Under the pieces are notes generated by a model. The model was not told the DNA's origin. It saw nothing but the letters and a program-made list of their open reading frames with translations, and did no database searches. This document shows positions 1 to 12,131 of a DNA stretch of 64,000 nt, piece after piece; within the stretch, counting starts at the first letter, position 1, and the number at the start of each line of letters is the position of its first letter. The translations under genes were made by a program, and so were the position numbers. Origin of the DNA: Callorhinchus milii (taxonomy: Eukaryota); NCBI RefSeq assembly GCF_018977255.1, contig NW_024704742.1, forward strand, positions 136,960,001-137,024,000. Reading direction: 5' to 3'.

Positions 1-311
1 TCCTGTACTGAATAATTCTATGATTCTAGGATTTCTATGAGCTGCAAAAGTGCTGCCGCCAAATATTATTGAAAACACAGAGTCATCAATTCTAATGACC
101 CTTTTAACATTTTTCATTATTTGATAAAAATAAAATGCCTATTAACTTCACTGTTTTTTTTATGGCCAGTTAGAAATTAAAAACCTCTTTTTGGTGGGGA
201 TTATTGTAGGTCGTGGGTTTGAGCCCTACATCACAATATGAGCTCACAGTCTAGGCTGCCTCATTATGGGTCCATAAGTCTGAATGTTCAGCACCTTGGG
301 ATGTCCTACCT

Positions 312-1715
312 CACAAACCACCAGCAGTATATCTGCACAAACGGCTTCTCCTCCCGCTCTCACCCGCGGGGTACCCCAAGGATCCATCCTTGGCCCCCTC
401 CTCTTCCTGATCTACATGCTCCCTCTTGGGGATGTCATCCGCAGACATGGCGTACATTTCTACATGAATGCAGATGACACCCACCTCTCTTTGTGACCCC
501 CAGTCCCATGATGTTCTGTCAGCCTGCCTGTCAGATCTCAGGGGCTGGATGAGCAGAAACTTCCTTCAGCTGAACGTTGACAAGACGGAAGCCATACTCT
601 TTGTCTCTCGTCAACGTCTAAAATCCCACGGCTCTCACTACCTCCACCTACCCGACCTCCCCCTAGAACTCTCAGAACCCGTACGCAACCTAGCGTCAGG
701 TTCGACGCCCAATTTGTGGAGTCCTGTAGCTCAGTGGTTAGAGCACTCGCTTTGCAAGCGAGAGACCTGAGTTCAATTCCAGGCAGAGGGCGAAACCTTG
801 GGCAAGTTTCCTTACTCCACACAGAGCCTAATAATAATCCCTCCAAAACNAAAAACAATAATAAATTGGTCATTTTCAATCTACGACTGTTTGTGGGACA
901 TTGCTGTGCGCAATTGGCTGCCGCATTCGCCCTCAAATATACAGTCAATTCACTTTACAGTATATTCTGTGAAGCGCTTTGGGACGTCCTCCCGACGTGA
1001 AAAGCGCTATATCAAATGCAAGGATTATTATTATTATTATAATTATCCTTCCTCCCCCCACATCCGGTCCCTCACCAGAACCGCTTTCCTCCAACTCCGA
1101 CGCATCGCCCGTCTCCACCAATATCTCTCCCCAAAAGCCGTTGAAACCCTGGTCCATGCCTTTGTCACTTCTCGGCTGGACTACTCTAATACCCTCCTCA
1201 CCGGTCTCCCATCCATTACCATCCATAAAATGCAAATCATTCAAAATTCTGCCGCCTGCATTCTCACCCGCACGAAACTCCGCTCCCCGATCACCCCAAT
1301 CCTTGCCAGACTGCACTGGCTGCCTATCCCAGAGAGGATCGATTTCAAGATCCTCACCCTTGTATTCAAGTCCCTGTACTCCTCTGCACCCCCCTGCCTC
1401 TCTGACCTCCTCTCTCCTCAAAACAGTACCCGTTGCCTTTCTTCATCCTCGTCCCCCTCCTCTGTTCCACCCTCGGCGGCCGTGCCTTCAGCCACTATGC
1501 CCCGAGGCTCTGGAACTGCCTTCCTCACTTCCTTCGTCTCGCTCCCTGCCTTCCCATTTTCAGGTCTCTGCTAAAGACCTTTCTTTTCGACTGAGCCTTC
1601 GGTCACCTTCCTTCCCCTCCCCCTGGTTCGGTCCCGGGATCCATTACTGTAAAGCGCTCTGAGACGCTGTCTGCCGTGGAGGGCGCTAGATAAATCCAAG
1701 TTGTTGTTGTTGTTG
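312..1715 (+). mobile_element. 5'-truncated L2 LINE (RT C-terminal half and 3' tail), interrupted by a SINE at 716-1040
   Basis: Frameshifted ORF2 motifs [61 protein letters not shown]; ends in a (TTG)n tail. Confidence 0.9.
716..1040 (+). mobile_element. Young tRNA-derived SINE, full length (~325 bp)
   Basis: A box tagctcagtgg, anticodon-like arm ctcgc-tttgcaa-gcgag (TGC), B box gagttcaattcc, L2-like 3' hairpin, (ATT)n tail; near-identical copies elsewhere in the window. Confidence 0.93.
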
Positions 1716-4700
1716 TCCTCCCGACGTGAAAGGCGCTATACAAATATAATTTTGTTGTCGTTCTTGTTGCCATCACCATCAGCAATCAGACCTTCAGCCT
1801 CTCTGCTCCCACCCTTTGGAACTCCAGCCTAACAGTCCCTTCGCCTTTCTCCTGCCATTGCCTCCTTCAAGGCATGGGTCAAGACCCTCCTTTGACCGAG
1901 CCTTTGGTCATCTTCCTACCCTGGTTGCCCTGCAACCCTCCTGAATCCAACCCCTTCTATGTCAAAATCCCTGACTGTCCAGTGCTTTGAGACATCCTCC
2001 TGACATGAGAGGTGCTATACAAATGTAATTTGTCGTTGTTGTTGATACTCCAGTGTTGAACTGAGGGGACCATTGCATTATTGGAGATGTTGTCATTCTA
2101 ATGAGACATTCGACTGAAGGCCTGTTTGCCTCTCTAGTGAGCATTAAAGATTGTGCATATAATCATTTTAATTTATTTTAAGGATGGGTGTGAAATTGGG
2201 GTTATTTGAAAACACAAAGTTGCTGTGCTAATAGCAACTTATGTTTAAGACTAAAAATTCAGGATTCATTACAAACTGAAACTAAATCCCTTCATGCCCA
2301 GGGAACTCTGACTTGCTTACCCCCCAATCCATTACCAGCTACCTCTGTCCCTTGTGCTCTCTGTTCCATCATCGGTGGATGCGCTTCTAGCCACTATGCC
2401 CCGAAATTGAAATACTCTCCTTCAATCCTCCTGTCTTGCCCCCTCTTCCCCACCTTCAGGTAATGCCGGAAGGGCTTCCTTTAGGATCTTGCTTATGGTC
2501 ACCTCCCCCGGTTTGGCATCGTGCTCCGCCGCTGTCAAGTGCTTGGGACTCTAACCCAGAGCTATATAAATTCAGGTTCTGGTTGTTGTTAAAGATTATG
2601 TGAGAGGTTTGGATAAGAAGAACCTTCACCTGATCTCTTCCTTCCAGAATTCTTTCCTTCTCTTGCACCATCTTCTCTTATGCAGCAACCACGTGCTGAT
2701 CACTTCTTTTTAAAGAGATGTCTTTTTAATGGCAGAATTTAACAAATATAGACAGTGACAGGAGGGGAAAATGTAGTAGCCCACAATATGACAATTATCA
2801 TGTCACATATCATAATTTGGCTGCCAATATTATAGCAACACTGATCCAAATATATAGTGGGGGATGGATTGGGGAATATTTAACAAAATTATATGCTTAA
2901 ACAATTAACAGTTGTAAACTGACTATGGTATGCACAACAATATCAATTTACAGTATAAAGCACCTTTTACATCAGCGGGTCATCTCAAAGTGCTTTGCAC
3001 AGCTGACTTGGAGAGTAAAGAGGGTGGAAAGTTATCTAAAGGTGGTTCTGAAGGCTAGTTTTAAAAGTGGGAAGAGAGGGGTGAGGCGATGAGACCTCTG
3101 GTATGAAATTTCATGGAAAGAAGGCAGAATGGCTGAAAGCCTGAGTTCTGGATGGTCTACAGCTTGTGTCGGCAGGAGCTAGGGAGAACGAGTTTGGCAA
3201 ATTAATGTTGAGTTTACTTTACAACTTTGTGTTGATGGTAACCCTAGGGACAGCCATGCTGTTATAAGCTAAACATGTGGGGGTGGGCGAGAAGGGTAGG
3301 AAATGTGTAACAAGTACCACCTTATTCCAAATCACAAATTAAGTATACAGCAGATTCTGGTCTGCTACATGTTCATCAGTGTTCGAGGCCTTTAGCCTTT
3401 CTGCCCTATGCTTTGGAACTCCATCCCACAGTCCCTTTGCCTTGTTCGATCCCTTTCCTCCCTCAAGGCCCTTCTCAAGACCTTCCTCTTCCACCGCACC
3501 TTCGGTCATCCTCCTACCGCTAACCTCCCTGCCATCCACATCTTCTGAACCCAACCCTCAGCTCAAGTGCAAATCCTTGACTGTCCAGCACCTTGGAATG
3601 TCCTTCTAATGTGAAAGGATCTGTGTAGGTGTAAATTGTTGTACTGCTGTCAGTACTGCTATGAATGTGCTCTCTGCCTCTGCTGGCAAAAGCTCAGGGT
3701 GCCAGTAGGCTTATGTGTACATTTGTCTCAGAAACGGTCACAATACTTGACAATAATTACCTTTGAAGCACTTTCAAATACAAGTCCAGGTTCTTTTAAG
3801 TTGTTTCTGTCCAGTTCAGGGATGTGATGAAAGTACTCAATCTCTACATTGCACTTAAGGAGATAACCATTTCAGATCCTTTTTTTTGTCTTCCCCATGC
3901 CCCCATTTTCTTTTTCCTGTACAGTCCATTCCCATTCAACCAAGTAGCAATGCTGCATCACCAAACTATTGACTCAAAGGGTTAACATAATACTGCAGAT
4001 GCCAACACAGAGCTGCCTCCCTTCTTACAAGTGCTCTATGTTGCAGAGCTTCAGCTGTGTGAAAATGTGTAGGAGAAGCTGAAAAAACATTCTGGCTGAA
4101 TAAGGGAGCCTGTTGGAGAGGTGGGGGCGTGAGTTAATATCTGCTAGCATGTGGTTAAATCACATTCCTAATTCTGTCTTCTCCTGCAAAGTGCTAAAGG
4201 GGCTAGTAGAAAAATGAGAGGTGGGGTAATCCAGTTTTAACTAGCCTGGCAGCAAAAGGGGTGTTTTCCTGGTGTGACTCTAGCACAACTGGCACCAGCT
4301 GAAAAGGCTGCAGTGCCACACAAACTGCTCAATGCTCATTGAATATGAGATAAAGGTTTGGTTTTCCTTCGTGTTTCTATTCCCCCAGCTCTTGCTCTGC
4401 CTGTTTTGCACTGGCCTGTCACTGGATTACACTGGGCTTGCTCCGCAGTTCACTAGGTAATCAGACTAGAGGAAAGTATTTGACATGGTCTAAAACTCCC
4501 AATACATACACACAAATACACACCCTTTTCTGCTACTCAATCATTTGGAACAGTTCAGCCCAACTCATAGAGCTCCTAAGTCAAAACCTTAAATTTGAAA
4601 TTCCGTTTGCCAATATTTGTCCGTACTATGATCTACAGGAAGATTTTGACCAAAAATAAAGTCGATCGGATGAAATCATTACAACTATTCTTCTTGGACT

Positions 4701-5107
4701 GGGATAAAACTAAGGTTTTCTATTCATATGCAAGAGATTTTCAGTTGGTTTTCTATTCAATTCAGTGCCAACGCCCTGTATTTTTTTAAATACAGTACTT
4801 GAACCAACCCTCTCTTAAACCAGCATTCTCTCGCTGCTGGCGGTGTGCCTTCTCTGCTGGTTGGACAGGTGAGCAGAACAGCAGACTGCTGAACAGTGCT
4901 GAATATCTCACACTGTACAGTGCTCAGTCTCTCTGAGGTTAGTGATCTCAACAGTGTGGCATGAATGAGTCTGTGTGCAGGTACCGTTCATACTTTAAGT
5001 CCTGTTATTACTCAGCATGTTTCCAACTTTTTTTAGTCAAAATATGTTTTAGCCAAACAAACTTTATGTATTTATTGTCTGAGAGTAAAGAGAAAGAGTG
5101 AGCAATA

Positions 5108-5700
5108 TTATTACTAATCCTTACATTTGGATATAGCGACTTATCACGTTGTTGTGATGTCTCGAACCACTTCACGGAATATACAGTAGTGTAAAGTGAA
5201 TTGACTGTATATTTTGTGGCGAAATGTGGCAGCCAATTGAGCACAGCAGTGACCCACAACTTAGTGACCAAAACGATTTTTTAAGGAATTATTATCCCAG
5301 AAAAGTGAAATTACTCTTTCATAGTGCATTGTATTCTGAAATATCTTAAAGGACTGTTCAATAATTATTGTCATGTGTATTGCCTGTTTTACGTGGGGAA
5401 AGATGGCAGGTTTTTTGAGTACAGAGATCCTACAAACAATGATGAAATATTTGACCAATTTCTCTGGAGGATTGTTAACCAGGCACCGGGAAAAACTTCA
5501 TTTTATTTTCCAAAGTTGTCATGGGATCTTTAATGTCCACCTGAACACCAGGAAGGTGGGAACTAGATTTAATGTTTCATCTGAAGGATGGCACCTCCAA
5601 CAAAGTAGCTTTCCCCTCAGTACTCGACAGGAGTAGGATCTCAGGTTCCTATATGGGCTTGAACTCTTAACTTTCTAACCTAGAAGCGAGTTCCATCAAG
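5108..5700 (-). mobile_element. Old Deu-domain SINE remnants (probably two stacked)
   Basis: Reverse-strand SINE tail at 5108-5300; reverse complement of the core gatgaaacattaaa...caggtggacattaaagatcccatgac at 5515-5625. Confidence 0.6.
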
Positions 5701-6491
5701 CATCTTTCTAATTCCATTCTCATATCATGATTGGACTCCGATTATGTTTATGGCAGAGAATTCTACTTTCTGACTACCCTGTATATATTTTGATTATAAT
5801 TTTTTAATTAACTTTGTGGTTGTCATTGGCTCAGTTTCTATAGAGACCAGAAGGAATCCACCATAATCAGAACTAGGCCTATTGCTAGTATGAAAAGTGT
5901 ATGAATATCAGGTCTGGTATGAGTGAATACACGCGTACATGTGTTTGTGTGCACCCCCGCACTCATATATCTTTCTTTTTCCCGACATTTGGCACTGTTA
6001 GCTATACTAGTCCATTTGCTTTGCTCCCTCACTTATTCCCCTGGGACTAGAGTCCTGATTCCAATCCTACTTGACCCATCTCCTCCAAAGTCTCCTTTGT
6101 CCTCTTGTCCTTGCATGTTCTTCTCTGGAGTATCTCAGGAATGTATCTTTGTTAGAGTGGATAGAGTCAATGTAGAAACATTGGTGAAATAACTGGTGTT
6201 CAGCACTTACTCTGGATTTTTTTTTCCCCTAATAACAACTTGAACTTAAAAAAAGCACTTTTCATTCAGGAGGAATGTCTGGGGATGTCTTACTTTACAA
6301 AGACAATGGGATCACCAAATGCAGAGTAAAAGAGAGTGATTGAGGTTTGGAGGCAAAGGCAGTTAAGGAGCAAGACAAAGAGAGCATACCACACCAGAGG
6401 CATGGTAGGGGACATTACAACTCATTGTCCCTCTCTGAATATTCTGATCCCTAAGCCCTCTGTGTCACCGCCCGACGTCGAGGGCGCTCTA

Positions 6492-6802
6492 TAAATAATA
6501 ATAATAATAATCCTTGCATTTGATATAGCGCTTTTCACGTCGAGAGGACGTCCCAAAGTGCTTCAAGAACACACTGAATTGACTGTATATTTGTGGGCGA
6601 ACGCGGCAGCCAATTGCGCAAAGCAATGTCCCACAAACAGTTGTAGATTGAAAACGACCAATTTTTTTTTTTTGTTTTGGAGGGATTATTATTAGGCGTG
6701 TGGAGTAAGGAAACTTGCCCAAGGTTTCGCCCTGACTGGAATTGAACTCAGGTCTCTCGCTTGCAAGGCCAGTGCTCTAACCACTGAGCTACAGGACTCT
6801 AC
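6492..6802 (-). mobile_element. Young tRNA-derived SINE, full length
   Basis: Reverse complement of the 716-1040 element. Confidence 0.9.
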
Positions 6803-7770
6803 AAATGCAAATGCAAATTGTTGTTGTTGTTGTTCTGGACAGCGCAGAAGGAGGCCACTCAGCTCATCGTGCCTGTGGCGGCTCTTTGGAAGAGCTACCC
6901 AATCAGTCCCACTCCCCTGCTCTTTCCCCATATCCTTGCAAATATTTCCTTTTCAAGTACCTATCTAATTCCCTTTTGAAAGTTGTTATTAAATCTGTTA
7001 ACACCACCCTTTCAAGCAGTGCATTCCAGACCTTAACAATTCTGTGTAAAACAAATCACCTACCTCCCCTCTGTTTCTATTGCCTATCTTAAATGTAGGT
7101 AATGCATCTAAAATATCAGGTAATGCCTTTAGCTGCTAGGTTATGCTTTGTTAGCTGGGCCCCAGATTCAGTTTCCAACATTTCTAATGGGATTTCTCTA
7201 CCAGTCGTGCAAATGGTAACCTCCATCCAGTAAGCTGAAGCTGCTCCAAGGCAACTGTGCTGGTGCACTTCACTACCAGCCTGAAGTTTCCACAAGTCAT
7301 TAGGAATTCTAATGGGATTTGTATCAAGGAATCAAGCTAAGCAATACCTCAAACTAGACTTGTTAAAAATACTTGTGACGTCAAGCTGTTTACTGTTGAG
7401 GTGTAAGAACTGGAAGACCTTGTCATTAAAACGTTGCCCTCATATTATTTCCTTATATTCATTTGGTTGACAGATTGTCAAGCTGGGACTTCTTGGATCA
7501 TTCCTGTAGGATCTCATTGGGATAACAGCCATCCGATGCTGGTACTGGTCTAGTGATCTTCATACGTTGGTGAACTAATGTTGTGCAACAGGCTGTGGTC
7601 ACAAAGGTACAGTAAGAAGCCCTGTTCAGCTTGCACCTCACTGCAGATGTTAACATGGTCCAGATGGAGCCCTCTTGTCTCTGGATCAGTAGGTTATGTG
7701 CTTGACGGGAGGCCTTGAATATTCCAGTGCAGTATTAGAAACCACTGCATTGTTGGAGGTGTTATCTTTC

Positions 7771-7958
7771 AACAACAACAAGATTTCGTTTATAGAGCGC
7801 CTTTCACATCGGGAGGACGTCCCAAGGTGATGGACAATTGGGTCGAGAGCCGAGCAGGGGGAGAATGGTCAGGGTGAGTGGAGGGAAGGGAGGGAGCGAG
7901 GAGGGGGTAGAGAGTCGAGAAGGGAGCTGAAGGCACGGTCGAAGAGAAAGGTCTTGAG
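7771..7958 (-). mobile_element. Short L2 3'-end insertion within an old Deu SINE
   Basis: (CAA)n followed by cacatcgggaggacgtcccaagg; the SINE core resumes at gatgagatgttaaattgagg. Confidence 0.75.
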
Positions 7959-8026
7959 ATGAGATGTTAAATTGAGGTCCTACCTGCTTGTGGGAGAGTC
8001 TCTCCTTGACCCACAAACCTTCTGGT

Positions 8027-8372
8027 AATAATAATCCTTTCATTTGATATAGCGTTTTTCACGTCTTCTAGACATCTTCAGTGCTTCACAGAATATACTG
8101 TAAAGTGAATTGACTGTATAATTGTGGGAGATACGCGCATGACAGTGTCCCACAAACATTCGTGGATTAAATGACTAAATTATTATTTTTTTAAGGGATT
8201 ATTGTCCCCGGAAAAGAGATCCGCCATTCGACTAACAACTGGATTCCTCCTTACTGTTAGGTAAACAGAGTCATGTGGAGTAAGGAAACTTGCCTAAGGA
8301 TTTGCCCTGCCCAAGAATCGAATCTAGGTCCGCTCGTTTGCGAGGCTAGTGCTCTTAACCACTGTGCTACGC
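8027..8372 (-). mobile_element. Intermediate-age tRNA-derived SINE with extra internal segment
   Basis: Same head and tail as the young SINE plus a ~70-bp internal block shared with the copies at 25405 and 46385. Confidence 0.8.
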
Positions 8373-9289
8373 ATCACTTTGTGGCTGTGGGAGCTTGCCG
8401 TGCCTTAAGTTTGCTTACACAAATATACAGTCCGTATACGTCTCAGCAATTTTTTGTGAAGCTCTTTACAATTAATACAAGGGATTATTTATATTATTAA
8501 ATCATTTGATGGTGGGAATGAAGTCGTTCTGTGATTGAGTTTGGTATTGAGGTCAATGTAAGTAATTCTGTGGCCCATGGGTTACAGCCTGACACTTGGG
8601 CTTTTAGCCAGAGGTTTTATGAGGGTGGGGTGGGAGTGCAATTCTTAGCCCATCTGCAGGAAAGTGCACTTATAGGGATGACTAATGTAAAAACTTTGCT
8701 TTAAAGTAATTACAGTGTTTGCTGTTTTGTGTTTAAAGAGAGAATGCCATCTTTCCAGCTCTGCCTGAACTGATTCTGGTGAGATACTTAAAAAGCCTTG
8801 TGCTCTGATTATTTCCTTTCTCTCTCGCACCCTCCCCCTCCCCGCCCGCCCCCTTCCTGGGCGATGGTGATGAGGTAAGACAAGGGGCTGGTAACTGTTC
8901 CAGGATATGTTGCATAGCAACGAGCAGACATTTCACAGTACCTGTCAGCATCGGCTGGGCGTGACTTTGATGGGGGAGGGATGAGCTCAGCTCAATACAT
9001 TTGGCAGTAATGTGTAGCAGTGACTGATAGCAAAGCATTCAACAATATGTACAGCACAGAAGGAATCCAATCTGCTCATCCTATCTGCGCTGGTGCTTGC
9101 TATCCTACAGCAGTTATTTAATAATAATCCTTGCATTAGACATAACGCCTTATCACATTGTTGAGATGTCTCAAAGTGTTTCACAAGATTTTACTGTGAA
9201 TTTTGTGATTGTATATTTGTAGACAAATCTACTCTAGTCCCATTTCCCTGCTCTTTCCCATTTATTTTTCCTCAAGTATCAACCCACAG

Positions 9290-9531
9290 TAAATTCTTCA
9301 CACAGCGTGTTGTTTGGATCTGGAATGCATTGCTGAAAGGCTGGTGAAAGCTGATTCGATAACAACTTTTAAGAGAAAAGTAGATAATTATTTGGGGAGG
9401 ACAAGTTTGTAGGGCTATGGGGAGAGAGCGGGAGGAATGGGATTTAAATGGATAGTTCTTTTCAAAGAGCTGGCATAGACACGATGGGCCGAATGGCCTC
9501 CTTCTGTGCTGTATAATTCTATGATTCTATG
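9290..9531 (+). mobile_element. CR1 LINE 3' end
   Basis: ttcttcacacagcgtgttgtttggatctggaatgcattg ... gggccgaatggcctcc ... (attctatg)2 tail. Confidence 0.8.
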
Positions 9532-10392
9532 AACCCCTTTACCCTTCAAAAACTGTGATGGAGAACACTCATTTGTTGTATGGCATTTCACAATATATCA
9601 ACTTTTTGTAAACAAAAATCTACCCAGCCATCCAACAGGAGGACAGGAAATAAACAGGAAACTTCAGGATTCTTTAACCTTCCCTCAACAACAACAATTT
9701 TCATTTATATAGCGTTCTTTAACAACAACAACTTGTGCTTTTATAGGGCACTCCATGCAGGGTAGCATCTCAGAGCGCTTAAAAGCACTATCCTTCAAGC
9801 ATGATAGTGTTTTGGAGGGCTCCACTGTGACTCTGTTGGACATCAAGTAAATGGCAGGGGGAGGTGATCATAGGGGAGGTCAAAGAGGTAGGTCTTAGAT
9901 AGGATTTAAAGATAAACAGGGGACTAGGAGCAGTGATGGAAGCAGAGGATTAGGGGTGTTAAACCAGAACCATACATTTGAGGACCCTAAAGTGCTCCCA
10001 GTCTTAGTTTTAAAACCATTTATGATATGCAAACTGGAAAATCTTTAAATTTGCCTTAATTTGGAAGCTGATGTTATACAGTTCTTATAAAGAAATTGGT
10101 AAAGTCTCAAACCAGTGCATCTTTAAAGCCTTAAAAAGCTGCTTTAGTGGCTAGAAATGAAACAAATCTTCCTAAATTCACATCTTGCTTAATTGACTAT
10201 AAGAAGTCTGAGGGAGATGCTGTTCTTCTGAAGCTAAGGATAGTCTGTCCCAAAGCTTGTCAGTTGAAGACAGGACCCGTTTGTAACTGCGGTTTCACTA
10301 CCGTCCTTTCATTATAGTTGGTGAGTATAAAGAAGCAGAATGCAAGGATTATTATTATATCTTAAAACGCTTCACAGATAATTGCTACTCCA

Positions 10393-10764
10393 GTAATAAT
10401 AATAAATAATCCTTGCATTTGATATAGCGCTTTTCACGTCGGGAGGACGTCCCAAAGCGCTTCACAGAACACACTGTAAAGTGAATTGACTGTATATTTG
10501 TGGGCGAACGCGGCAGCCAATTGCTCACAGCAATGTCCCACAAACAGTCGTAGATTGAAAATGACCAATTTATTATTGTTTTGTTTTTTGAAGGGATTAT
10601 TATTAGGTAGTCACAGTGTAGTGACTGTGCATGTGTAATAATAATAATAATAATCCTTGCATTTGATATAGTGCTTTTCACGTCGGGAGGACGTCCCAAA
10701 GCACTTCACAGGACACACTGTAAAGTAAATTGACTGTATATTTGTGGGCGAACGCGGCAGCCAA
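10393..10764 (-). mobile_element. Two tandem 5'-truncated young SINE copies
   Basis: Two (TAA)n-ccttgcatttgatatag tails at about 10393 and 10636. Confidence 0.85.
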
Positions 10765-11548
10765 TAATAATAATCCTTGCATTCTGCTTCTTTGTACTCA
10801 CCAACTATAATGAAAGTGTAGGCAATCGTGCACAGCCTGAGTCATGAATACCAGCATAGTTCTGTTGCTCTTCACAAGTATCTGGATCTGCAAATGTTTG
10901 AATTAGTTTTTTGGGACTCAGTGAAAGAAAAAAGCATACTGTTATAGTACCTTAACATGTGTCAAAGTGCTTCATGGTAGGGAGTTCGGAAGAAAGTTGT
11001 AGAGGGGAGTTGGCTGAAGGTGCACTCAAAGAGACGGGGATTGGAAAGAAGACCAAGGTGTGACAAGACACAAGGATTTTGAAAGAGTGTTGACAAAGAT
11101 AGTGGTGTGAAGGGGCGCAATAGGCAGGAGGTATGAAACGGCCTAAAATTTGCAGAGCCACTGGGTCCCTACTTCCCGGCCACGGCTTCTGCTCTGGCAA
11201 CTTCAGCCTGGAGAGTCAGAATAGATAACCAAGGTTCGGCACAAGGTTCTTGAATTGTATTGAGCTTTCTCTCTCGGTGTCCTTGGCAAACATCCCTCAA
11301 TAAAAAAAATTGTCACTCACTCCATACTGTTTGTGGGATACTGCTGTACGCAAACTGGCTGCTGCATTTCGCCCTCAAAATACACAGTCATTACACTTTA
11401 TAGTATATGTGAAGTGCTTTGAGACATCTCGGGGACGTGATAAGGCGCTATTTCAAATGCAAGAATTATTATTCCCCATGGGAGGTTGATAAGGTCAGCA
11501 CCTGAGGTGAGAAGCTGCTACATGAGATGAGTTGGACACCCTCATATT

Positions 11549-12054
11549 TGGAGTCCTGTAGCTCAGTGGGTAGAGCACTGGCCTCGCAAGCAAGAGGACC
11601 TGGGTTCGATTCTGGGCCGTCAGCCACTATGACCCAAAATTCTGGAACTCTTTCCTTCAATCCCTCCACCTTGCCCTTCCCTCCCAACCTTCAAATCCTG
11701 CCTAAACACCTTCCTTTTTGATTGTGCTTACAGTCACCTCCCCACTCCCTCTCCCCCTGGAAAACGTTGGGCAAGTTTCTTTACTCCTCAAGCCTCTGTT
11801 TACCACCTTCCAGCAGCAAAGTAGGAAGCCAGTTGCTAGTCAATTGGTAGATTGCTTTTCTTCAGGTAATAATCCCTTAAAAAAAATGTGTTTACTCAAT
11901 CCATGACTGTTCGAGGGGCACTGCTGTTCGCAATTGACTGCCCCAATTCGATCCAAAATATACAGACAATTCACTTTACACTATATACTGTGAAGCTCTT
12001 TGATACGTCTCAAAATCGTGATAAGGCGCTATATCAAATGCAAGGAATATTATT
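11549..12054 (+). mobile_element. Intermediate SINE interrupted by an L2 fragment (~11617-11760)
   Basis: tRNA head ggagtcctgtagctcagtgg; SINE body resumes at aaacgttgggcaagtttc. Confidence 0.7.
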
Positions 12055-12131
12055 TGTATTTTTCTGAAAATTGTTATTTAGAGTTTTAACATCCAGCATT
12101 GAAACAAAAAGCCAGTATGTCTTGTCACCAT

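Noticed and set aside
718..792. tRNA-Ala(TGC)-like sequence (also at 12961, 41057 and others)
   Set aside because: The acceptor stem does not pair and it is always fused to the same body and tail, so it is a SINE head
850..850. Single N base
   Set aside because: Sequence ambiguity inside a SINE with no biological meaning
716..1000. Recurrent ORFs MESCSSVVRALALQ.., MGKFPYST.., MTVYL.., MGRPPDVKS..
   Set aside because: Chance frames within SINE copies; they recur because the SINE does
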